From contig NMRA01000152.1 in the NCBI GenBank assembly GCA_002633005.1, positions 665,558-701,571 of the forward strand: 36,014 bases of DNA, written 5' to 3'. Positions 12,280-24,500 of the stretch are shown here, piece by piece. The DNA is from Phoronis australis (taxonomy: Eukaryota; Animalia; Phoronida). The translations under genes and the position numbers were made by a program. Position 1 is the stretch's first letter. Every line of letters starts with the position of its first letter. Below the pieces are notes generated by a model. That model was not told where the DNA came from and made no database searches. It saw nothing but the letters and a program-made list of their open reading frames with translations.

Positions 12280-12470
12280 AAACACTGCAGCAGCTGTCAG
12301 TGCAAAACGGAATCGGAATACTTCGGTAGCAGCCGTTCATTACCGCAAACTTGGATAAAATCACGACTGTGTTTTCTGTGGGTCATCTTCATGCACACTT
12401 GCTCATACTCTCTGAACAATTTCCTATCTTCCGCTGTGCAGTCGCAAAGAAAATTGCCAAGAGAGATCAC
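12280..12470 (-). mobile_element. Probable relic of a Penelope-like element ORF N-terminus
   Basis: SLGNFL...RKLFREYEQVCMKMTHRKHSRDFIQVCGNERLLPKYS resembles the R..E....K......S..F...C....LLPKY pattern I recall from PLE N-termini; the frame then breaks. Confidence 0.4.
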
Positions 12471-13578
12471 AAACAATCGAGTTGAAATAGTAGTTATTTT
12501 TCGAGAGCACACGTTTCATGATCAAAATGAACATGATAATTTTGTCTTCCTGGCAAAATACGTTTATCCCAGGACACACCTGTCATTAAATGTCAGATTA
12601 CAGAAATCTAAAACGTTCAAAAAAGGACCCTCTTGTATTTTTAGACGGTCTAAAACTATAGATTTGCTGAAATTACAGAGAACAGATACAAGAGACTAAA
12701 TATTACGTACAATTGGATGCAAACAGTAAATGCACAGATATCGAGGCCTCAGTATATCTATCGGAAACAACAGTGGACCCAGACAATATACAGACTTGCT
12801 GTTCGATTACTAGTTGTGGTTCTCGATCGTCTGAGTTTATTTGATTCAGTAATTTTGAAGATGCGTTCTTGCTCCGAAGTTTGCAGTTTTCACACCTTTT
12901 CATATGTTTTCGCATTTCTTGTTTTTAGACATACCACCTCTTTGACGAATGTGTCCGATCGAAAATCCCATAATAAATGTATATCATGCATTTACGTGTT
13001 TATCTTCTCTTCCTTTTTGCAATAAATATTGGGCAGCTATTGAATTGCGTGCAATATCGAAAATTCAGTCAGTACCGGTCACTGAGAGGCGCTTTGTCTT
13101 CGGAATCATATTTGTTCAGTATACATACACGTCGGCTACAGTCACTTGAACACATTTTACATGTACACGTTAGCACCTGCAAGTAACCAGACCCTGCTGT
13201 GACAACTAGGGTTGTCCCTCTCGACACGTCCTGTCGCCCAGCGTGCAGCAAAATGTGCCATGTGTGACAATAGGCCTACATACCGTCAATATATCGACAT
13301 ACATTGTCGCCCCCGGCTTTTAACTCAAATTCCTAGATCTGCACTCCTTGTCTATGGTTTCTAAATGCGCAAGTCTAGTGCACGTGTCTGATGCTAGATT
13401 TTTTGCTGTGTATACTTTTCCATTGTTCTCTCTCTTCTTTCACCATTTAACGTTTGATTACATCATCTTCGATGTCCCAGTACCCGAAATGTCACAGCTA
13501 TCCTCATCCTCATCGTCATCATCGTCTTTGTCATTGTCATCGCCACCAATCAGCGGTAAAAATTCACGAATTAACCAG

Positions 13579-13710
13579 GGTAGAGTTCAGTAAACCTAGG
13601 ACCTCGCTAAAAAGCACAACTGCGAGATTACGTGAGATATTGAGAGCACGTGATTTTCGCTAGATTTTAGCGAGGTCCTATCGTACGTCCAAGCGTTACT
13701 GAATGCTACC
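13579..13710. mobile_element. MITE family B copy
   Basis: GGTAGAGTTCAGTAA...TTACTGAATGCTACC; internal ctaggacctcgctaaa / tttagcgaggtccta inverted pair. Confidence 0.75.
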
Positions 13711-13824
13711 CACGGGTCTGTTTCATAAAAGTGACCCAAGACTTAACACAGAAAGTTTAGTCATGTCATTGTGGGCAAATCCTGACTGAAAATAACTTGC
13801 ACAATACGAAGCAGGTATGTATAC

Positions 13825-13830
13825 TTTATT
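13825..13830 (-). terminator. Candidate polyadenylation signal of DNTTIP1 (3' UTR about 1.8 kb)
   Basis: AATAAA on the minus strand at the end of a long U-rich stretch downstream of the stop at 15591, just before repeat-rich DNA starts. Confidence 0.4.
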
Positions 13831-15590
13831 TTTCTCTAAAGTGAGTTTCAATTATTCTTATAAACAGTTATGGGGAACGCAAGACCGAATTTCCATCTTG
13901 TCGTAAGTCACTTACATGAAACGGAGATTGGGTTACAAAATGATGGCATTTGAATTGGGATTGGAATGACTGTTCATCCAGAAATAAACAGCAAATGTGA
14001 TTAGTAAAAGTGCAAGGTTTTCTTTTGTACATGAGGGAAGGAGCAAGAATTCCTTGTGGGTCTTGAAATGGAATTAGCAAAAATTAGCTGAAATCTGGAT
14101 ACTTCAAGACTTTAAAAAGAAAGATGTAAAATAGCACAATTAATGCATAAATAGTGTATTTAAAGACATAATAAGCAAACCAGTCATGATTTAGTAAACA
14201 GTAATTTACAACCTTAGAAAAGCCATGATTTAAAAAACTGTATTAGACTATATTGACAAGTGGTATAAAAATAACATGTTCATATAAAACAATGTTTTAC
14301 AATAAAACACCTAATAATCCTGACACAATCATTGAAATGGAACACAAAGAACCTAGTTTATCAGACACGGGTGTTGGAAGCTGGTTCTACCACCACAGAT
14401 GTGACAATTTGTAGTCAATTAGTTTGCGTCTGAGAGGATTAGACCAGTTGTGGGTTTAGAAACTGAGCAGAAAAATGGGACGCATTTTGTTCTCTTTGCA
14501 CCTATTCAATATCTGACTGTGCAAACTTGTTCAATATTTTCCTAGACCCACAAATGAACTTGAGCCAGTACCAAGAGTTTGGTCTTGAAATCTACAGGCC
14601 TTAACACAATACAGTCAAAGGCATTACGATAACCTGTCAAATCTAAACATGGCTGGAGACCACAGGTGCATGGCTAAGGGAATATCTTAACACAACAATT
14701 CGTTTAGCGTCTAACCATTTCATAAAGAGGTCAAGTGAATACACAAATCAATACTCACTAGATGGAAAAGGGTTCATATTCTTAACATCTAAATAGATTG
14801 AGAGAAAAATGCAGTACTACTTTATCAGTAAGGGGGCACAGGTAGGATAAGGATTTGATTACTTGTATGCAGGCACTCCTACGGATATGACCCTTGTGCA
14901 CAAGCGCCACCTGGTGACTTGAATTTCCCCATTCAGACTTCAAATTGACCAAGAACAGACACATCACGGCGAAGGCTCATAACAGACACAACAGATGGCA
15001 GCGAGAGCAAAACATTAGCCTGGCCAAGTGGACAGATACTGCAGTGAATTGGCACCATGATTGTTTTTCATTTTGCTGGATTATATTATGCATACCCATA
15101 CAAGTGTATACGGAAAGTACACCTCTAACTACATACAAGTGAGTCTTATCACTCAAAAACACATAAAACTCAGAAGCTGAAAATGATAAAAAGGCTCAAA
15201 TTAAAATTAAAATTAAGTTTGTTTCCCCTAGCGCTACCAACTAAAAAGTATGTGGCTTAAAAAAGTTTTTGCAACCTGATAAAAGAATTAGGTTTACAAC
15301 TATACAAAGACAGCCGTCACATTTTGCCAACAAAAATGGAGAGCATCTCAACGATGGAAAATGAAAACGAAATTTACCGACACACCTACCCATCTCATAC
15401 GAGTGACAGTAGGATGATGACCTAAGAGCACAGACGAGACAATATTGCTTAAATACAAAATAAAATAAAATAAAAGTATACTGAACGCAGAGTCAGTACC
15501 ACAAGTCTGTTATACATAAAACAAAAAAGACTAATAAAAGTACCATTTGACTTGACATACAAACAAATTGCTCCTACATTGCACAAACTA

Positions 15591-18500
15591 TTAGCTTAGC
15601 GAGAATCCTGCAGTAGGGGGTGGGTCAACTAAATCTCTCAAGTCAGGGCTTGGTGATAATGTGCTCGGTATCCCAGCGTCGAACCCCCCGGTTATGTTGA
15701 ATGGTGAAGCTGTGTCCCTGTGTTCATCATTTGACAGTAGGTCCATCTCTTCTGTGTTGGCCGGCGACACCTGGTGAGAAATGCCCATTCGCCAGATTTG
15801 AAAAAAAGTTCAAAGCCAGAAATTTGGAAAAGAGCTCAACTTTCAGACATGAAATGCAGAACTGAATGGATACACAAAAATATACTGGATACTTAAAACA
15901 AAAAAGGTTAAAATTATTTGAAGTTATAATTCATGAGGAAATTAAACTATTTCACTTTGGATATCTAATTATAAACAGACAACATTTAAAAATCACAACA
16001 CAAAGCTATAACTGAAACAGGTGCTCCAGTAAGTTTATGAGACTAACAGCCACCGTTTCCTTACATGTCCAGACACTTATCTACCTGCCTGTCTCAACAT
16101 ACCTGTGCTTCATCACCTGTGGTAGCCTTCTTCTGATGAGCTGAGGCAAACGGCACAGTCTCTTCTTTGTCCTCCATATCAGTTAAGTTCTCGTTCTCCT
16201 TCAAAAACAAAAATAATCCCCTGTGTAAATCGAGACACGCAGGAACATCAGACAAGGAATTTGTAAATTTTTGGCTTGGTTTGTAATGTATACAACATGT
16301 AAATAACTAGAAATTGTTCCTCATGGCAAAGGCAATGGAATGAAGGTAAATGCCCCCCCCCCAAAAAAAAACACAGCATGTCTGATAAGTTCATGGATAA
16401 TGTTCAAACAAGTCATCCAAAGATAGGAAACTTGGAGGTCCCTGACACTTGTGCCTCATTCAAGGAGGGAGTTTTTCAGGCAGTTTTACATGCCCCCAAA
16501 CAGGAAGTCAATTACGCTGTAGAGATGCCTATCCACTCCTTTTACAGACAAATTAGCTCAACAAGCCTATTCTCATGCTATAAGTGGCTACAAGTGATTC
16601 AGGATATTCACAGGCAGTTTAGGAATTCTAGAACAAACAATAACAATTTTAACACCTGTTCACATGAGCACCGTTTGGCAGTGGTGTTTTTATCAACATG
16701 TGAACAGAGCATTAGATCCCACAAGTCTGCATTGCACACCTACACAGCTAAACTTTTGTTGGTGACTAAACATGAAATGATCAGGAGCACTAACCCTGTC
16801 TTCATCATTTGTCTTCTTCACTTCCTCTACTGTTTCAGTCTTGATGGCGTCATCACCAAAGTTAGTTCTCATAGCTGCCATCTGTTCTTTCATTTTCTTC
16901 AACATCCACTCAGGTACAGTGAAACCGGTGTCTAGTTGGTCCATCACTAAGCCTGGGTTATTCCTGAATAGGAGAGTCACAGATAACATATAGAGTATGG
17001 GATCAGAGGGTAGATTGAGGTGTCTAGTTGGTCACCACTAAGCCCAGGTTATTCATGAATGGGCAAGTCACAGATAACATACAGAGCAAGGGGATCAGAG
17101 GGTAGATTGAGGTGTCTAGTTGGTCACCATTAAACAAGGGTTGGACTGACCCATGACAAAAAAAGCGAAAATTTTTACGGCCCTAAACATGCGCGTACCC
17201 AGCCTTGAAAATGTCGACGTGGACCTTTTGCCGACAAAAATAGGGAGGACTGAAAAAAAGGTATCACCGCCAGAAGCGTGCGTCTGCGTCTTTTTAGCTC
17301 GTCCGTCCACTCCCATCTCCACACATTTTTGGCTGCAGAGTCGTAGTATTTGTCACCGCCATTTACAATCACACGAGACGCCACTGAAGAAATCCACCAC
17401 ACTATCCCAGGTGCCCCGGCAATGTTGACAATTTACGTTCCTCCGAAACATAAAGAGCAACTTCCGCTTTTCGAGGTGAAAATCGTCGGCAACGCCACGG
17501 TAAGAAAGAAATTGGCCGCAGAAATTTTAGATCAAATCCGATTTTTTTACGCGGAAATACAATAAAATACACGGACAGAACATTTGAAAAAAGCGGAAAT
17601 CCGCATTTCCGCAGAAAATTCCAAGCCTTGATTAAACCAGAGTTATTCCTGAATGGGTGAGTCTTAGATAAGAAGAAAATAAGAGGTCTGAGATTAGGGT
17701 AAGAAAAGTGTCTAATAGGTACATCACTTAGCCCAGGTTATTCATGATTGGGTGGGTAATACGACACAGCCACTTTCAACTGAAAACACGTCGCAAGTTT
17801 AAGCGACAAATGAGTTCTAACAGTCTGCACACGCTTATTGTTAAGAAAATTTTGTTTGAATTTCATACACAATGCGCATTTTTTTGAAACTACCGTGCCA
17901 ATTTGTCTTACCTGTACTCTGGTGTGTCCGCCAGCTCTCTAATATCCTCAACAATCAACATGTAGGCCTTTCCACCAGTCGCTGGCATCCTGTGGTTCTC
18001 ATACAGCCACTGTTTGTCATCCTGGTCTCCAGAATACTGCAATAATTAACGGTTCATTCAAAATCATTGGTATTTTCAAAAGTCTAGAGTACAAAGAGTA
18101 TGTACACCTGACGAATGCTTGTAAAATTTTCTCAAAATGTTGGTGGGAGTTTGTTTATAGGTAGAGGATTTTCCTCTGAAATATGAATTGCAGCTAACTT
18201 CTTTACTTCTAAATTGAAATCAGTAGAAAACAAAGAAATACCAGTCGATAGTTTTCCTGTGATGACACCCAAGTGTTCGTAAAAGTGACCAAACGACACC
18301 AAAACGAGACAGGTCCTATCCAAGGTCAGTATAAACACACTGTTGACTGCACTGTACAATCAAAGACACAAAGACATGTGAACTGTTGGTGATAACAGTG
18401 CTCGTTTATGCAATAGTTGATTAACAGGAGCAATATGTTTCACTCATGTTCTCTGATCTGTAAATCAAAAGCCTTCAACAACACAATGATCCTACCTTAA

Positions 18501-21500
18501 ACAATTCAGGATGTTTAATGTAAAGTCTTCCTCTAGTCGCACCAAGTCCAAGGGCTCTGGAACAACAGACAATATCAGACGTCAAAAATCACACAACATG
18601 ACACCAAGAACATTTTAAATCAGAGAAAATGAATTTGGCGAAGTTCATCTATGGCAAAACTTAATCACATGCGGCAACAATGGTCCTTTTTAAATGCATT
18701 GCGGGACGAATTTCAGCTCATAACTATCCACTGACATCACTGAACCTTTAGAGTCCAGTGTAAAGTTTGGCTGCATTCTGTAGTCACAAGACTTTAGTAA
18801 GTGAAGCCAATGTGATCACATACTTCGCTTGCAATACATGGTGATATCTTGAGATGTTGTGAAGTCATGAGTATTCCTGAGTTTTTACGAGTTTCTCGGA
18901 ACTACAAACTGCACGCCAGGCACTTCTGGTAGTGAGATGTAAGATCAGTGTCATCAGGTGGCACGTGCCTTGAGAATTTTTATGGCAAAAAATTTGCATT
19001 CATTCAAAGCATTTGTAGCTCTATATTGCTTAACTTTATATCATTGCTGTACAATCATCCTGACACCAAAACGCATGTTAATCAAATCCTTGTTTGTCTT
19101 TTATTCTTCTCAAAACAAGCCATTTAAGTATCTAAACATGTGTGGTGGGAGACAACCTGTGAATATCTGTGAACTGTTTTTATAAAAGAATCACCCCGAA
19201 ATGTTTTAGAAAATTAAAACGAATATTTTCCAAAAAGGGCGCAGAAATGAGGATTTAAATCAATCTTGTAAAATTTACCATAGTTACGTAATTGTGGATG
19301 AAAATTACATCGAGTGTGATCAAGTATTTTGAATTCATCCAGGATAAATAAATTAATTACAACTGCTGAAACAGCAAGAACCATCATCTATTTCAAAATA
19401 TAATGATCAACAAACTTATTTTGAAATAACAAACAAAATATTCTTAACAAGTATAAACTACTTCTAAAAAATGCATTTTCTAAGAAGGCACAGGGAAAAG
19501 AAGACAAACTCACTTGTTGGCCCTTGCACCCATTACAAAAATTGTCTCTGGAGTTAATCTGTCTGGATTCCACTGAAAACAAAGACACAAGACATCAAGA
19601 TCCAGTGTCGTTCGTTTTACTTAAGATGATAAATACCACTAAAATCTAAATTTTTCAGGTGAACATAATACAGCGTTTGTACAGAATTCTGGTCACAACA
19701 TTCAAGAACTTTTCAAGACCTTCCTAGACAAGTATGTTAACCCTGAGGGTTGTGACATATGGTACGGTGAGGGACTGCTTGTTCATGACAATTAATGCTA
19801 TTTTATCAGTTGTGCAGTACAGCACAAACCATGCTGAGAACAATGTCTTCCTGTCTATTTTAGCCAGAAATCCAACTGTATTTTTTAGGTGAATTACTGG
19901 TTCTAAATAAAACAATTAAAATTTTGATACAATTTATGCTAATCGTAGGAAACTAGTGCTGCAATGTATTAACGTCACCAAAAACCTTTTACCTTAGGCC
20001 CCTCTTTTCTGATTGGTTCAGCCATCTTGCTAGGTTTTGAAGGTNTCTATTCGTCTCACCTTTGGTATTCTGGTTCGGTGGCCCTCATGGGTACTCCCAG
20101 CATCAGATGTGTTGTCAGGTATCTCCCTTAGTGGGGTTATGCTTCTTGCCCTTGTCTCTGATATGTACATCTTTTTGGCCTGAAATAGTCGTTAGCCGGC
20201 TTCATCTGATAGGGTGAAGCTTAAAACTTTGAATTACAGTACTTGTAGCAATCTGATAATTATGACCAACACAATTAATAAGGAGTAAATTTTCCGTTTT
20301 AAATTACAGTATGTCCTGCCGAAAATGCCAGTTTGTGATCACAGTGGTAGGCAGTGGCAGAAATCTTCAACAGGTAAATGCGAAATTCTTTATGAATATG
20401 GAACAAATTAAGATCAGTTTAATGCAGGCAAGGGGTCTAAATGAAATATTAACTTTTATGCAAAAGGTAAGTTTATAGCACTTTTAAAGCAATTTTTAAG
20501 TTGAAGGAAGCTCCTATTGAAAGATATTCACACGTCTGGATGAGTTGAGAAGGGTGGATAGAGTGTGAACAGATTGAAAGCGAATGTAATGATTTGATTT
20601 TGTGATTAAGCGGTTTTGTCATCATGTTTAAAACAGCTATAAACTTACGTTCTTATAGGAAGAGAATTTTTGATGTACACCACTCGGTGCCATAAAATTG
20701 GGTCGTCTAATCTTGTTCCTTATTCAGACGAGAAGTGATTACTGTGTTCATAAAGATCGTCAGTACATTACTCATAACACCATGCTGAGAGTATAAAATG
20801 ACACGTGATGACAAGCCGACTTGTAAAGCCTGGTCTTGACCAAAACAACACAACCAGTTCTTTCAAAGCCAAAATCCCGAAATCACCTCAAATTTTGAAA
20901 AAAGGAACAATTTCAGAATTTCAGACCAATTTCATTACAGCAAATGATATAAATCAAAATTCATTTTTATGATGGCAGTGTCTATATAATATTACTGCAT
21001 AAGACATATGCACAATAGCACCATAAGACAAAGGACACAATTATATCTCATAAGACAGAGCCAGACAGTGGCATCATTAGATCATTAGGTAAAGACTCAC
21101 CTCCTCAAGGACCTGTCTACACACAGCATAGGCAAAGACTCACCTCCTCAAGGACCTGTCTACACACAGCATAGGTAAAGACTCACCTCCTCAAGGACCT
21201 GTCTACACACAGCGTTGACATGTTCCTCACACACAGCATTCTCTCCATTGTTTAACTTGATGTTCTGAATGCCAACTTTAAAGAAACGCTACAATAATCA
21301 ACAATCAAGAGGAGTATTAAAAAACAAGTGTTTGAAAAGAAATTATTCAAGGCGCATGTACTAAAAACAAGTGTTTGAAAAGAAATTATTCAAGACACGT
21401 TCCATGCAGAAATATAATGTACACATTTTGCATTCAGTACTCACTGCCTGAATTAGGCACTGCTAGGTTGGTAAGGAAATTTACGATAACAAATTAACAA

Positions 21501-24500
21501 TACTTGGAGGAAGATCAAAGCATGCATATAGCTTCGATAAAAAGTGTGTACCAGTGCTTGGATTATCCCATACGGTAATTACAATTTCAGAGCTTTGTAA
21601 AAGTCTCAAAATGAAACTTGCAAAACCACATACACATGTGCGGGCGAGTCTACTGAGCAGTTTCGAGATTAAAATGATACAAATACAAAACACAAACAAA
21701 ACTATCAGCTCGGATTACTGTCAGTGGCCTCTTGACGAGACCAAACACGCATCCTTACGTCTAAGTATTTCTGAATGATTGTGTGTATTTCTTTGTTGAT
21801 GACTTTCTGAATATTCTGTCTCAACAGATCCAATGACTTGGCAGCGCTTGTAATGGTACCAGACCTGAAACAACGTGGACATTTTTCAAATGTTACATTC
21901 AAGTAAACAAGAACCTAACCCTGAAAATGGCAGCTTGTGATCCTTCAGATGCAGCCTTCCTAAGCTAAGGCAATTAACAATGATAATTAAGAAAATGTTC
22001 CTAAAAATGTATGTTATCCTTAGTCTCATGACTAACAACTCGAACTCATTCAGTCCCCTTATATTTACAAGTAATCACTTATTGAAGTACATTTGAAGTA
22101 ACCCAGAAGACAACTCATTACATATGAGTTGATATTAAATATCAAGAAACACACCAACACTCCATCTAGCAAACGGACACAGAATCAGACTATTGACTAT
22201 ATTGATTTTCAATAAAATGAGTACTGTCTTCAATAACTTCACAGTTATAGAGACAAAACAAAACTCACTTAGCCCTCTGGATGGCGACTGCCTGGGACCG
22301 ATAACTTGACCTGTAGCTTGTATTGGTGGGGAAGTTAGACAAGTTTACCACTCTCATGTTAAATGGGTTGGGCTGAAAGATCAACGGTGAAGGTGTGAGC
22401 GGATATACGCAATGAAGCTTTTGATAAACCAGTGGCACAACATGACAATTTGACTTATCCCCATTTTAAGATCTGTGATTTTGGCTTGACCTAATTTGTG
22501 CTGTGTGAGAGTCGAAGTACAAAGACGTGTCATTGAAACAAAGCTGAAAAGGGAACGAAATTAATTTGAACCCACTGATATTTCCCACTTTGAATTCATG
22601 ATAACTTATCTGATTTTATTACAAATACTTATATGTCGGCACGATAACACATAAGTCATGCTTTACTCTATCAGCGTTCACAAAATTACGGAGAACGACG
22701 ACTCCTACCGCAACCTGACAGACACGGAAGGAACTTCTTCGCAATGAGTGACACAGCAAAACAACATTGAAAAGTGTCACTGGCTTAAAGAGATACTTTA
22801 CAGGCATTTTGCAGAGACCTGAAGTTGCTGCTTGTCAACCAGATTGACATTGGAGCTGCTAATCCCTGTTCTCCCAGTGGTGACGTGAAACTGCACGTCA
22901 TTTACCTTGGGAAACTTGCATGTACAATTACTGTAAAATTTGGTTGTCTCCATGAAGCCAGCGGAATGACATCCGTTTGAGAAAAGAAACAAAAATGAAT
23001 GTAAACTAATTACCATGGGCACTTTTTCCTCAACTGGTTCCTTTTTGGTCACCTCCTCAGCGTCAGACGTGTGGGGGGACAGCTTGGGCGGCTCTTGATT
23101 AGATGATGAATCCCTGTGATCTGGGTCATGGCTTTTCGGGGGTGTCTGATACAGGGGCTGGGCACTGCGCGTGAACTGCTCTTGCATCACCACTAGTGAA
23201 AAAAGAGGAAAAATGAGTCTTAGTGCGCTGCGTTAAGACTAAGGAAGCAATGATGAACATTAACCACACCATGCCGCACATATTCATCACATATAAATGA
23301 ACAGAGGCACAGGCAGTCAGGTGCATCATGCAAATTGTGCACAATATATTAGCATTTACAACGCAGCAGGAACAGTAAATCTTGACAGAATTCCGCAATA
23401 CAAAGATGTGAGTGATGACAAATTATAAACTGAGATTTCATGGAGAGAGAGGAGGGAGGGAGAGAGAGAGAGAGACAGTGTGCAGCTATGATGTAAAGCC
23501 TGAACATAAAACAAAAACTTTTTTCAGCGTTGCAGCTCTGAGGTTCATTTAAAAAGAACCATCAAATGATGTTGAAGCCTCCATAAAGAGATAGTCGCCT
23601 TGAGTCTAATTTCAAACAATGGGCCTTGATCTGATGACCACGTTCAATACAAAAATATATCGCAGCAACGCAAAAAAATTAATTCATTATCAATCAACTA
23701 CTAGGGAATAAAAGTATTGTAGTTGCGAGTGTCTATATATAAATATGTATAACTACCTTGTGGAGCAATTGGTAAGCCAAGAGTTCCTCCACTACCACTG
23801 CTTGGTTGCCCAGGATACGTGTGAGTGAGCAGTCTCATTAGTCCAGGTGAGCTAGCAGCTCCAGTCAAACCCATGAAGGACGCAGGTGAGTTTTGTTTTT
23901 GAGGATAGAACGCAGGTCCCGGAGAATTACGGTGGGCAGGTGATGCCCTGTGCATAGAGGGTGGAGTCTGTCCCCGGCGGAAGGGAGTCAGGTGTATTGA
24001 TGGAGGGGTCTGACCCCGCCCCGATTGAAGTTCTCGGCTCAGTGGCATTAATGGTGACATACTTGGCCCAGGAGGCATAGCCATTGGGTGGCCATGGGGT
24101 AGGGATGACGACAAAGAAATAATACTTGAGGCTGTGGTCGGGGGATGGACGTGGGCAGGTGGTGGCTGCTGACCATAATACTGGGCCATGCTAGATGGGG
24201 GCGGGGTCATCGTCCCCATGGCATTCCTGGCTGTATGTTGTATGACCATTCTGAAACAAATAGATCAAAAATTACTGTACAAACTCAGTAGCCAAATAAC
24301 AGTACAGTACTAATTCTTCACACAATATGTACGACATTAATTGAAATCCTGCTTTCTTTATTAAATTTCTCCACAAAAGTAAAGAATTTAGAACAAATAA
24401 CAAGCTCGGTTACATTGTAGCTGTCATAAGCAATATTCCCATAAGTTCCCATCATTTGCCCAAAACAGAAATCAGCTTCTCAGAAAAATGAGAGAATTAC

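Noticed and set aside
13348-13663. Poly-Ser and His-rich ORFs
   Set aside because: Derived from a TCA/TCG/TCC triplet run plus a MITE; no splice or homology support.
16378-16935. 185-aa plus-strand ORF
   Set aside because: Antisense to a DNTTIP1 exon and intron, with no recognisable domain.
20649-20718. Possible 70-nt poison cassette exon in DNTTIP1 (AAC|gtaagt donor, early TAG)
   Set aside because: Weak acceptor (ctgaataag); flanking exons join directly to give the conserved LEE|AK; no support without RNA-seq.
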